A stretch of 64,000 bases of DNA, from the IMG/VR virus record IMGVR_UViG_3300050343_000199, positions 1 through 64,000 of that record. One strand, 5' to 3'. Below are positions 8,330-18,900 of this stretch, piece after piece. This DNA comes from a virus. Position numbers and translations under genes: made by a program. Every line of letters starts with the position of its first letter. The first letter of the stretch is position 1. The notes beneath the pieces were generated by a model, which was given only the letters and a program-made list of their open reading frames with translations, was not told where the DNA came from and ran no database searches.

Positions 8330-9123
8330 AAGAATTCCATCCCTTCATTAAATCCAAAATCATCGGTAGAGACTACAAACTGATCATCGGCAGCATCAAC
8401 TTGTCCATCTTGATTATAATCAACCTTTGCTTTAGGAGTGTATGACAATTCAACGTGTCTCTTGTTAACATTAAGATCTCCAATAGTCTCAATGACACGT
8501 GCCTTACGAATAACATCTGCCTTGGTGTAGGGACCATAGATGTAAGATTTCGCAGTAAATGATAAAGTATATGTAATAGATCTTCTTGTACTAAAATCTT
8601 CTTCCCAATCATCCTCAAAGTTTACACTGTTGAGAACAAAAGCAACATCTCTAATTTCATCCATGTCAGGAATAAATTTAATACTCACATTTAACGATGG
8701 TTGAAAAAATGGTAAAATTTGTTCTAAAATTTGCAGTCCATCGTCTTGCGACTTAGCGATAATGCCTACTTCAAATCCTATATTATATGGTACAGGAACA
8801 TATTGAGTTCTTACTTCTTCTCCGTTATCTGCAATAGCAGTTTTATATTTTTGAGTGGCTGCTGTTTTTCTTGCACTATCATAATCAATGCTTGACATTT
8901 CAAAGTACATTCTTGGTAGAGTAATAGATACCTTTCTACCATCAGAAGGATTACCTTGTAATGGATACAAGAATTTTTGTTTAGGTCCATAAGCAAGAGG
9001 AACTTTTTCAGTTTCCAGTACCTGACCATCAACAGTTTTTTTCAATTCAATATTATTGAATAATGTTCCAAAAGCGATTACTGTTTTTCTAACCGCTTCG
9101 TTATAAAATTGTGTTCCTAACAT
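8326..9123 (-). CDS. g15: Tail terminator / sheath stabiliser (gp15)
   Basis: FYNEAVRKTVIAFGTLFNNI, VPLAYGPKQKF, TLPRMYFE, PVPYNI, QILEQILPFFQP. Confidence 0.95.
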   Translation of the reverse strand: MLGTQFYNEAVRKTVIAFGTLFNNIELKKTVDGQVLETEKVPLAYGPKQKFLYPLQGNPSDGRKVSITLPRMYFEMSSIDYDSARKTAATQKYKTAIADNGEEVRTQYVPVPYNIGFEVGIIAKSQDDGLQILEQILPFFQPSLNVSIKFIPDMDEIRDVAFVLNSVNFEDDWEEDFSTRRSITYTLSFTAKSYIYGPYTKADVIRKARVIETIGDLNVNKRHVELSYTPKAKVDYNQDGQVDAADDQFVVSTDDFGFNEGMEFL

Positions 9124-10529
9124 TAGAAGCTACCTGTAAAATTACCAAACTCACCGAATGGGTTTCTTTCACCCCAGTCAATAATATTATCCGCACCATC
9201 TTCAATTGATTGATTCTGATCAAACTCAGTGCTTGTGTTATTAATTGTTGAGAATGTTCCTAGTGTATATATCGCATTAGACTCAACACCTCTGATGAGA
9301 TCTCCATCTAAGAAATTGCCAGTACGATTCATTACCTCTAGGGTATAATCAACTCCATTCCAATCTGCTACCTCAGCAATTGTTGCACTATCTAAGTCAA
9401 ACATCTGTGCTCTTTGACCACTGGTGGTAGTATCTGTGTAAGCATTAATTACGTATTTAAGATTTACTGAGTCGTAATAAAAATGTCCCGGTACAGTTGT
9501 TGTATCCGTACCATTAAATGTGTAAACGTAAGAGATTCTACTATCTTCAAATTTCCAGTAGTAGTATTTTTTCTGAGTAGTAATTGCATAGTTTGGATCA
9601 AATCCACCAAGAGCAGTTACTTCAATTACACTGTTAGATGAAGTCCAAGTTCTACTACCACTTTGTTGTACCATTCCTCCAATGACAACATGTTCATCTT
9701 TAATAAATTGAACCGTTTGAGGTGGAGCATCAATAGATATGGTAGGTGGGTTTGCAGGATCATATCCCGTTCCTCCACCAACGATTGATAGTGACACTAC
9801 ACCACCATCTTCAATAGTAGATTCAACAATACCACCTGTCCCCCCTCCACCTGTAATACTTACAGAGGGTGCTGTGTTATAACCAGTTCCTGCAAGAGTT
9901 ACAGTTGCTCCAGATATACTGCCGCTAGAATCAACGGTAACTGTTCCAGTTGCTTGCTGTCTGGTAGTAAGACCAAGATTAAGGGTTGTGATGTTACTGA
10001 AATCTCTTTCAATATCGTCAATTTCGTCAATCCCGGTGTCAAACTTGTCTGCTCCTTGCTCGTAGAGTTCAGCAGTAAGAACATAAAAATACTGTTTGCC
10101 CAATTGGAAGAATGGTTGTTCTCTTTCAACATACTTGATTTCGTAAGTATCTTCTGTCAATGGAAAATATATTAAATCTCCTTCGTTCGGTCTACCATCT
10201 ACTGCTAAATTCATTGCAGGATTTGCAGATTGTTCCCACCTTCTTCTAGAAACAACAAATGTAATTTCGTCAGTAATTCTTAAACCAAACTTACTAACAA
10301 ATTCATTGCCTGCTCCAAATCCCTCAACATTAACTAGCATCATTTCAATCATATAACTTTGATTGAATTCTGATTGAATAACTTCTCCTAAAGTTTTATC
10401 TTTAATTTGAACCCTAGGAACGTAATAAACATCAGCACCGAACAATTTAATTTGCTCGTCTACTAAATCTTGTACAAGATTCTGTTCGGTTTTATTACCA
10501 CCGTATTGTGGGAAGTATACCTTTTTCAT
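9123..10529 (-). CDS. g14: Neck protein (gp14) with internal insertion
   Basis: EQNLVQDLVDEQIKLFGADVYYVPR, SKFGL, RPNEGDLIYFP, NPFGEF. Confidence 0.93.
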   Translation of the reverse strand: MKKVYFPQYGGNKTEQNLVQDLVDEQIKLFGADVYYVPRVQIKDKTLGEVIQSEFNQSYMIEMMLVNVEGFGAGNEFVSKFGLRITDEITFVVSRRRWEQSANPAMNLAVDGRPNEGDLIYFPLTEDTYEIKYVEREQPFFQLGKQYFYVLTAELYEQGADKFDTGIDEIDDIERDFSNITTLNLGLTTRQQATGTVTVDSSGSISGATVTLAGTGYNTAPSVSITGGGGTGGIVESTIEDGGVVSLSIVGGGTGYDPANPPTISIDAPPQTVQFIKDEHVVIGGMVQQSGSRTWTSSNSVIEVTALGGFDPNYAITTQKKYYYWKFEDSRISYVYTFNGTDTTTVPGHFYYDSVNLKYVINAYTDTTTSGQRAQMFDLDSATIAEVADWNGVDYTLEVMNRTGNFLDGDLIRGVESNAIYTLGTFSTINNTSTEFDQNQSIEDGADNIIDWGERNPFGEFGNFTGSF

Positions 10530-11362
10530 CCGATCATATCCATTGGTGGAAGTTCATATGTACTGCTGGATTTTTCCATTAAAGCAGCAATTTCTTTTTC
10601 TGCATCATCATATAATTGCCTACCATTCATACTGACACCACCTGGAAGTTGAATACCATTAAATTTAATAAGGTTCTGACCCCACTGTCTTTTAATTAAT
10701 GCGGTAGAATATTTTTTAATAAACGGATCGTTATACACTTGAGTAAACGTTTCTGGATCAAGTGCTCTAAAACAATCAATAAGTACCCACTCGTCTTTCA
10801 TAACTCTTTTTGGATCAATATCAATATACAAACGATCTTGTCTGCAATTAAATCTATATGAAATCAATGAACCAGTATTGATAATCATATCAATATTTTC
10901 AAAGTGTTGCTTTATCATGTAGTAGTTGACCATATCAAAACCACCAAAAGCAAGACCTGTACCTGATGCATTTGAAAACAAATCCATCAAATAATACTGG
11001 TTGCTCATACCAAACATATTATTTCTTACGAAGTTTGAACTGATACCATATACTTTACTGATACCAAATATATGATCAGGAACTTCTAAGTAATTTTTTC
11101 GGTTCTCCCAAGTTGCTGCATCTGGAGCAGCAGTAGAAACTGTTTCATCTTCTGATGTAAACCTTGTTATATCATCGTCAGTAAACTGATGTTTGAGGTA
11201 CATTCTTTCAACACCATCATAGTGACGCTCACGATAATATTGCAATGCATCATCAATAGCATCGTCAACTTGATCGTCATCTATATTGATCTCTAGAACT
11301 GGGAACCCTAATTGTCTTAAACAATAGTCCCTTAGCTCGGACCTGCTAGAAGGTTGAGCCAT
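10526..11362 (-). CDS. g13: Neck protein (gp13)
   Basis: LRQLGFPVLEINIDDDQVDDAIDDA, KRQWGQNLIKFNGIQLPGGV, ELPPMDMIG. Confidence 0.96.
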   Translation of the reverse strand: MAQPSSRSELRDYCLRQLGFPVLEINIDDDQVDDAIDDALQYYRERHYDGVERMYLKHQFTDDDITRFTSEDETVSTAAPDAATWENRKNYLEVPDHIFGISKVYGISSNFVRNNMFGMSNQYYLMDLFSNASGTGLAFGGFDMVNYYMIKQHFENIDMIINTGSLISYRFNCRQDRLYIDIDPKRVMKDEWVLIDCFRALDPETFTQVYNDPFIKKYSTALIKRQWGQNLIKFNGIQLPGGVSMNGRQLYDDAEKEIAALMEKSSSTYELPPMDMIG

Positions 11363-11394
11363 AAAAAAATACCCCTAGTTTCCTAAGGGTATTT
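11363..11394 (-). terminator. Intrinsic-terminator-like hairpin directly before the g13 ATG
   Basis: Minus strand AAATACCCTTAG-GAAA-CTAGGGGTATTT: 9-bp core stem (one G.U, extendable to 12), GNRA loop, T7 run. Confidence 0.75.
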
Positions 11395-11397
11395 ATA
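11390..11397 (-). promoter_or_regulatory. Late promoter TATAAATA overlapping the hairpin 5' arm
   Basis: Perfect consensus. Confidence 0.85.
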
Positions 11398-11411
11398 ATT
11401 CCTAATGATGA

Positions 11412-11945
11412 TCAGAAATCAATCGTATTTGCTGCGAGAAATGCTGGAACCCAATTAGGATCAAATGCTGTAACATCTTCTTCCGTGGTAAGATTATTCA
11501 ACAAAACTTCGTGGGCATTGTTGGCATCACGTGCTGCTTTTCTATATGCAGCAACTTTTGTTTGTCTAGTAGTTACACCTTCACCTTCAAGAGAATCTAA
11601 TTCTTTTGCTCTTTCACCACGCCATGCAACGGGTTCAATAGCATCCGAAATTAAAGATTTAATTCTAGCAGTTTTAACAGTTTTTAATTGATTAATCCGA
11701 GATGTTTCTGCTTCTAATAATAATAATGCTTGCTGTTCTTCTTTCGTTTTACCAGCAAAACGATTAACAACAGTATCTTTAACATCATTTAATGTTAAAG
11801 ATGAAATCTCCTCATTATCAGGATCAAAATTATATTCAACAATATAATCACCAGAGTCTAATGACTCCCCCTCAAAAGGGTTAGTATCCCACATATTTGT
11901 AGGAATTATATTTCCACTCTCTGTACTGAAAAAAATATATGCCAT
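11412..11945 (-). CDS. 177-aa putative fibre-tip chaperone/assembly protein, paralog of 13501..14007
   Basis: Shared VEY, RF(A/P)GKT, helical W..R..E/D and L..LTT.E...AF patterns; follows a putative adhesin. Confidence 0.6.
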   Translation of the reverse strand: MAYIFFSTESGNIIPTNMWDTNPFEGESLDSGDYIVEYNFDPDNEEISSLTLNDVKDTVVNRFAGKTKEEQQALLLLEAETSRINQLKTVKTARIKSLISDAIEPVAWRGERAKELDSLEGEGVTTRQTKVAAYRKAARDANNAHEVLLNNLTTEEDVTAFDPNWVPAFLAANTIDF

Positions 11946-11968
11946 GTGACTACTTTAATTTCCTATTA

Positions 11969-11980
11969 TATTTATTTATT
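11969..11980 (-). promoter_or_regulatory. Tandem late motifs AATAAATAAATA
   Basis: Two overlapping ATAAATA before ATG 11945. Confidence 0.65.
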
Positions 11981-13460
11981 ACGCTAGATTACTCTCTAAT
12001 TGAGAACTAAACATAGAAGTGTTGTACATTGAAGGAACAATGAAAGGATATCCTGTACTATTTCCTGCAGTATCAAGCATGTAAGCTTTGTAATTATTAT
12101 CAAATTCTGAGTACTCAGCTCCATCACTTCTTTTTGTGAATTCAAAATCTAAATCATGCACTCTAAAATAAGTACCTGGATCATCTTTATTGGTGGATTT
12201 TGAAACGATTATTTTATTTTTACCCAAAGGAGCAAGAGATCTTCCGTGAGTACTATCTTGGTTTCGGAAATACATCCACTTACCATCTTTAACTCTTACG
12301 CATGCCCAATAGATGCCAGATCCATAATAATACGAAGGACAATATGCCCACCAATAATCACCACTACTACTTACTTGCCATCTAGAACCAAATCGCCTCC
12401 CTTGCTCATATCCATAAGTTGTAGTCCAACCTTGATTCCATACCATACCAGCATATGTTCCATCTGCATTCCATTTTTCCAACTGGACACCATGACTAGG
12501 TGTCATTGTAAATGCAAATACTACTCCATTATCGCAAATACAAGTTTGGGATCTGTTATAAGCTTCAGAAGCACCGGAGTACGAAACGGCGCGATCAGTA
12601 CTTCTATCGTATGCAGTATAATTTGCGGAATTATTAAAGAACTGATAAATTTTTGAATCACTATCAGATTTAGCATTACTTCCTTTAGGAGTTCCTTCAA
12701 AATGATTATTTGCAAGAGCATATGCTCTCCAATCCATTTGCACATCAGTATAAACGATAGGTTGACGCCTACCGTCACCATCAGTTTGCATCAAACAAAC
12801 TTTTTTAGATCTAGTATTAATACATGAACCACCGTACATCCTATCGCTAGTAGTATCACTAGTGGAGACTCCCGCAGCAGTTTGGACTGGGATTTGGATC
12901 ATATTTGCCCCCTCCCTAGTCCAATTATGATAATACTTAGCAGCATTTCTCCCACTAAACATCATTCTATGATTTCCACCACTTCCTTCTTTATTACAAA
13001 ACCAAGCCCAATCTTGGTCTATATCACCTACAATAGAGTTAACATCTCTAAATGCATATGGAATAGAGCTCTCAACAGCTGGCCAACCACGAAGATATCC
13101 TGCAGTTTTAGTAAATTCAGTTACACTGACGTGTCCTTGATGTCCTAAGTAACCATTATTGCAAGTGTTGGAACCATAGTTTGATGAACTACCTGCATGA
13201 CTTCCAGTCTCCTGGTAGGCACTACTAGCATAAGCATTAAAAAATTCTGGAGCGTAAGAAGTATATGTTCTAAATTGATTGTAATAATCGTTACCGTCGC
13301 CAACATACTTAGCAATCGGTTCTATATTGTGGTCAAATAATATCCAACCACAACCATTAACACTATGCTGACATGCATAAGTAGCAAAACATGGTTGCGA
13401 ATATGGATCTTGAACTTTTGATTTAACCGTTGCTGGTTTAGTACTAATACTTCTTGCCAT
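11979..13460 (-). CDS. About 490-aa beta-rich putative tip adhesin, paralog of 14010..15545
   Basis: Start moved to MARSIS (13460) by homology with MARRLT; shares PYSQPCF and WAYCPSYYYGSGIYW. Confidence 0.7.
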   Translation of the reverse strand: MARSISTKPATVKSKVQDPYSQPCFATYACQHSVNGCGWILFDHNIEPIAKYVGDGNDYYNQFRTYTSYAPEFFNAYASSAYQETGSHAGSSSNYGSNTCNNGYLGHQGHVSVTEFTKTAGYLRGWPAVESSIPYAFRDVNSIVGDIDQDWAWFCNKEGSGGNHRMMFSGRNAAKYYHNWTREGANMIQIPVQTAAGVSTSDTTSDRMYGGSCINTRSKKVCLMQTDGDGRRQPIVYTDVQMDWRAYALANNHFEGTPKGSNAKSDSDSKIYQFFNNSANYTAYDRSTDRAVSYSGASEAYNRSQTCICDNGVVFAFTMTPSHGVQLEKWNADGTYAGMVWNQGWTTTYGYEQGRRFGSRWQVSSSGDYWWAYCPSYYYGSGIYWACVRVKDGKWMYFRNQDSTHGRSLAPLGKNKIIVSKSTNKDDPGTYFRVHDLDFEFTKRSDGAEYSEFDNNYKAYMLDTAGNSTGYPFIVPSMYNTSMFSSQLESNLA

Positions 13461-13500
13461 TGGGAATATTGCAATATTTTGGGATATCAATCACCTATAT

Positions 13501-14007
13501 TTAGGCGAAATGTTCTTTGGTCTTAAATGCACGTAACTCTTCAATAGTTGTTAATGCATTTAAGTTTGCTTCTGCTTGATTTGATTTAGTTCTTACTGAA
13601 TTTCTTTCTGTAAAGTATTTGGTTAGTTCATTGTTATTACCATTAACTAAATCAGTATCGCGAGCTCTGGTTTCTTTCCATTCCATTCTCCTTAACAACT
13701 CTTTAGCATATAATTTAATATCTTCAGTTTTAAATTCAATTTCTATATCAATTCGTTTTTGATCATCTTCTTCTTCAATTAAAGCAACTTGTTCTGCAAT
13801 AGTTTTACCAGGAAATCTATTTGACATAGTTACATTATCATCCGCCACTGTCATTGATGGTAGATAATCAGTTTCTTGCCAATCATATTCTACAATTAAA
13901 AGATATCCTTCAGGAGCTCCTCCACGTCCCCACTCTTCCGCTTCAAGTCTAGTATTGTATACACCAAAAGCTGATTTTTGATAGTTGTCGTATCCGATAA
14001 AAGCCAT
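13501..14007 (-). CDS. 168-aa putative fibre-tip chaperone/assembly protein
   Basis: Paralog of 11412..11945. Confidence 0.6.
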   Translation of the reverse strand: MAFIGYDNYQKSAFGVYNTRLEAEEWGRGGAPEGYLLIVEYDWQETDYLPSMTVADDNVTMSNRFPGKTIAEQVALIEEEDDQKRIDIEIEFKTEDIKLYAKELLRRMEWKETRARDTDLVNGNNNELTKYFTERNSVRTKSNQAEANLNALTTIEELRAFKTKEHFA

Positions 14008-14009
14008 TT

Positions 14010-15545
14010 TTATAATCCTGCGATATTGGGCATGTTAGGTTCACTACAGAATAGTGAAGTATCATATTTTGCTGGAATGATTCCTGCATATGCGGTAGTA
14101 TCACATCCTCCTTCAAAATTTTGAGTCAACCAATTTTGAAGGTTTAGTTGATCACCGTAATTTTTTCTTTCCATTTCATATGCTATATCAACTGCGGCAA
14201 TGTACATACCTGCACCGCCGTCTGTATTGATGCTTCCATTGAATCCCATGCTACTTACACCAATCGGGAAAGGTTGGAAACCATAACTACTATCGTTGGT
14301 ATAATACCATAAGATTTTACCATCAGAAATTCTAACAGCCATCCAATAGATACCAGATCCATAATAATACGAAGGACAATATGCCCAAAAATACTTACCG
14401 TCGCTACTTACTTGCCATCTAGCACCATATTGCCTACCTTGTTCATATCCATAACATGTAGTCCAACTTTGACCATGCCAATATTCACCATTTGGATTGA
14501 GACCACTGCTTGGTTGAGTTCTATCTTGCTCTTTAGTAGTACCATCCCATTTCCAAATAGTAAATCCCCAACTAGGAACCATATTGTAGCAAATGATATC
14601 TCCATTATCACATAGAACAGGTACAGGTCTATATCTAGCCTCCTCGGCACTACCCAGCTGGTTATAACCAGTCCAAGTGTTTAACTCCTGATACTCTGTG
14701 GCATTAGCAGTATTATGAAAATACTCATATAGTAAATTATCATTAGCATCTTGGTTCTCACCGACCATCGCTGTCGTATACTGTTTGCTAGCATCGTGGG
14801 CAAAATGTCTAAGATCCGGGCAGTTGTTATAAACTACTGGTTTCCATCTTCCATCACTAGTGGAGTACATAACAAGCAACTGATTAGTTTTCTTGTTATA
14901 GCAACATCCACCATGCGTGGTATGAAAATTTTTGCTACTACCGCTACGATCGGTCCAAGTATTTGGAATGTAAGTTCTACCGGTATATGTATTATTATGC
15001 CTCAACATATTATATTGAGTAGCAGATCTTCCACCAAGAATTAATTCTTGTTTTGTTTGACTACCGCCGTTAGGAACAAAGATAGCATAATCTTGATGAG
15101 TTTCATTTACGATAGGGCAGACATCTCTAAAACCAAATGCTCTATAACTGCTACCATTATCCCGACCAGATATGTTCCAACCACCATCATTACCAGATTG
15201 ACCCCCTGGTGATGAATGCGACATATGTCCTAGATATCCAACCGCTGTAGTAAAGGATGCATAGTATCCACTATTACTACTTGGATTGTTATTGGTCTGA
15301 ACACTTTGGTAACTACTTGTAGATTCAAAAAACTCGGAAGCGGTGGTAGAATAGGTTCTAAAAGATCCGTACCTGTCGCTACCATTACCATGAGTCGTAG
15401 CAATTATATTAAAGTTATGATCATACTGATAATAACCCCCGCCATGAGAATGGTTCATTGCGTATGCTGTAAAGCACGGTTGAGAATACGGATTAATCGT
15501 CTTCTGTTGTAGTGCAGTATCAGTTATTGTTAGTCTACGAGCCAT
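14010..15545 (-). CDS. 511-aa beta-rich putative tip adhesin
   Basis: Tyr/Gly/Ser/Trp-rich; paralog of 11979..13460; downstream of the 1563-aa fibre. Confidence 0.7.
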   Translation of the reverse strand: MARRLTITDTALQQKTINPYSQPCFTAYAMNHSHGGGYYQYDHNFNIIATTHGNGSDRYGSFRTYSTTASEFFESTSSYQSVQTNNNPSSNSGYYASFTTAVGYLGHMSHSSPGGQSGNDGGWNISGRDNGSSYRAFGFRDVCPIVNETHQDYAIFVPNGGSQTKQELILGGRSATQYNMLRHNNTYTGRTYIPNTWTDRSGSSKNFHTTHGGCCYNKKTNQLLVMYSTSDGRWKPVVYNNCPDLRHFAHDASKQYTTAMVGENQDANDNLLYEYFHNTANATEYQELNTWTGYNQLGSAEEARYRPVPVLCDNGDIICYNMVPSWGFTIWKWDGTTKEQDRTQPSSGLNPNGEYWHGQSWTTCYGYEQGRQYGARWQVSSDGKYFWAYCPSYYYGSGIYWMAVRISDGKILWYYTNDSSYGFQPFPIGVSSMGFNGSINTDGGAGMYIAAVDIAYEMERKNYGDQLNLQNWLTQNFEGGCDTTAYAGIIPAKYDTSLFCSEPNMPNIAGL

Positions 15546-15577
15546 TAGATTGTCCTTTATAGTACTTATTCAAATAT

Positions 15578-15901
15578 TCAAGCGTTGCCGTCAATACCAT
15601 AGGCAACTGCTGAAACTCCAGTTGACGATGCCCATACTTGAATACCGTTTGTGCTGTCAGCAAGGATGCCAGTTCTTTCAAGAACACCGTTTGCTGGAAG
15701 AGCAACATTATATTCAATGTTGTCTGCATCTGCAACAGTGGTAGTTGCCGCTAGTGCAATTCTAATTTGAACAGAACCAGAAGTTCTATTGCAAATATTA
15801 ACAGTACAAACTTTAATATCTCCTGCTGAGGTGGGAGCGACTAATGTCTCCCAAGTTGAGGCGGACGCAACGTCCACCTTTGCATATACTCCTGACGCCA
15901 T
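15578..15901 (-). CDS. 107-aa small beta-sandwich structural protein (possible fibre-tip connector)
   Basis: AAGGAG RBS; between fibre and adhesin pair. Confidence 0.75.
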   Translation of the reverse strand: MASGVYAKVDVASASTWETLVAPTSAGDIKVCTVNICNRTSGSVQIRIALAATTTVADADNIEYNVALPANGVLERTGILADSTNGIQVWASSTGVSAVAYGIDGNA

Positions 15902-15941
15902 GTTAATGCTCCTTGTTAGATCTTGCTTATGGTGTTATGAT

Positions 15942-15949
15942 TATTTATA
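15942..15949 (-). promoter_or_regulatory. Late promoter TATAAATA
   Basis: Perfect consensus directly after the fibre stop. Confidence 0.85.
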
Positions 15950-15950
15950 A

Positions 15951-18900
15951 TTACATTGCGGCAATGAAATAACCAATAGCGGTTACTTCATTTACAGCAC
16001 TATCAACGTATGTCTTGACTGCCAACTGAGTTGGAACTGATATATCATCAGCAGATCCACCAGCAAGAGTAACATCATTGTCAAATGATACACCCAGTAC
16101 TGTAGTTTCAGTTAGAACTGAAGTTCCGTTAACGTGATATTCCTTAGAACCAGCAATATCAACATGCTCCGAAAGAACCCACTTATCACCGGATGCTGAC
16201 CAAGAAATAGTCTTGTCGTTACCAGCTTTTACGGTAATACCACCACCGTCTCCAGTGACATCTGAAGGTCCACCAGCACTGAATACAGTACCAGTTGCAC
16301 TACCACTACCTTGGAACACAGCACTTAATGTAACTGTACTTCCGTTGACAGCAGAAACTGTATATGTACCAGACATAGTGACTGTACCGCCACCGGACGT
16401 TACTCCAACAGCAACACCAGGTGCTAGGTTAGTGGTATCACTTACATTCGTGATGTCAGTTGAACCGGCACTGATATCACCGGTAAAACTACCAGAAGCA
16501 ACTGTACCAAGTTCAATGTTACGATCTTTGGAAGTAACAGTAACAGAATTAACAGAAGTTGTAGTTCCTTTAACAGTTAAGTTTCCTCCAACTGTAAAGT
16601 CAGAACTAACTGAATTCAGTGTGCTGACATAAGTAACGACTGCTGCCTGAGTAGGAACTTTCTCGTTACTGTTCTGCGCCATCGTGCCATCAGTTGAGAA
16701 TTCGTTAATAGCAGCACCCAACTGAGCACCGATAGAACCAAGTCTCAAACTTGATAGACCAGATAGATCAAACGCAGAAGCATCTAGAGTTGCTTTACCA
16801 GTTGCCTGTTCAACTTTAAAGTACTTACCAACTGCAAAGTTACCATCTTGGTCAGTAGATACGTAGTAAACACGACCAGGACGTGATTCGTCAGTTTCCT
16901 GTGAAGGAACATTTGGTGATAGGGGAAGACCAGGCCAATTCGTATTTGCTTGACTTCCAGTACCAACGTCTAGGAAATCGTGTGCAGTTAATCTAACTTG
17001 AGAATAACGATAACGAATCTTAAAGTCTTGACCATCGCCAGCAGCAATTACTTTCTCGTCAGCAAATAGTAACGTAGTAATACCAGTAGTATCAGGAGTT
17101 ACTGCACTAATGAGGAAGAATTCATTACCAACCTTAACAAAATCATTTGCTTCAAAGTTAAGATCCGCACGTTTGATACGTAGGAAGAGTTGTGCATCTG
17201 TAGCATCTTCAATTAGTTCATCTTGTGAAGTAACCTTAGTTTGATAAATGCTTACTGCATCACCCTGTGCATGATTTTGTGCAACAGTTCCGTCTTGTGC
17301 CCTAGCAACTTCAATTTGGTCTGCAGCGACAATTGCTACAACCTTGAAGAGTTCCTGGTTAACAACAACATAACCGTTTGCAATCATTCCAGTAACGCTT
17401 GCAACACCCATGATGTATGGTGCTGCTTCAGTACCTGTTGAGGTAGAGTTGATAGCACCACTCAAAGTGGTTGATACAGCAGTTGCGTTCTCTGGGTAGT
17501 GTGTTACACTAGTAGTACCATTATGCGTTGCTGCAGTTGATCCTAGAGCGCCTCTGTTGACTGTTAGCGAACCTCTACCATCTGGAGCAGTATAGCTGGA
17601 GTTGGAGATAACGTATGAACCAGCGTCATCATTAACTCCATTATCCTGCATCTCAACAGAACCACCTTGGTCAGGACCATATGAAAGATCAACAACCGTA
17701 AGGACAAAACCTTTTTGTCCGGTAACTGCATCAGTATTATTAACGAGGGTAATATATGCAGATGAAAGTTGTCCTGTAATTACTTCACCTTGTACAAAGG
17801 TTCCTGTAATTGGGAAGTAGTAAAGGTAACCAGATGGTGATTGATCGCTGATCAACTCACCAATTGCACCTGAAGTACCACCAATGATTCTTTCACCTGG
17901 AGTAAATCCGCCATCTTTAGCACCAGCAGGATTAATTTCTAGACGACCACCTTTGATTTTACCGTTAACGGTAGATTCATTAGCATCAAATCCTCTAGCA
18001 ATTGCACCATACTTACCATAAGAAGAGTTACCAGAAACACCACGAATTCTACCACCTCTTGTAGAGGTGTATGAAATGTGATTATAATATGTGAAGCAAG
18101 ATACAATCTCAGTTGCAGCACCTCTAGTTACATAGAAACCAATACCACCATCAAGGATTTGGGTATAGGAGTCAAACACCATTGACTTGTTTGACTTAGT
18201 TGAGGTGTTATCAAAGTGTTCGTGAGTACCACCATCAAGTACAACACCTACAGCAGCACCACCAATTGCGGCACAGTTTTGAACATAAGGTGACTTAGTA
18301 ATCGGTGAATTTGGATTAAGTCTGAAGTATACACCTTTAAGCGTTCCATGATCTGTGTTCTTATCATCTGGAGCATAAGGAACAAATCCAGACATGCCTT
18401 CAAATACCATATCTTTAATGGTATTTGCAGTAGACAGGAAGAACATCGTGGTTTCCTGGTTAGGAATACCAGCAGCAGTCGTGATAGACTTGTATCCATC
18501 ATCATTAGTAAGTGCAGTAAGATTGCCTGAGAATAGCGAACCTGCTGCTAAATCGCATAAAGTTTGTACTGCTGCAGTTTGAGTTGCACAGAATCCAGGA
18601 TCACTGGTAATTGTATTATCAATTACTTGATTGATGACGTTATTCGTTGCTGCAGATACTGTTTCATTTTTAACTACCTGAATACCAGCATCACGAATAA
18701 TATCAATAAGTAATTTATCTTCAGAACCAACAGTGGTAATAGCATCAGAACCACCGGCAATAACAGCAGTTGCAAAAGCATGAACTCTGTCATTACCACC
18801 GGATCTTACTTGAGCAGCAAGTTCTACAACAAACTCCTCCAATCTTAGGCGGATATCAGCAGCAGCACCAGTAGGATTTGAACTTTGATCTGCAACAAAT

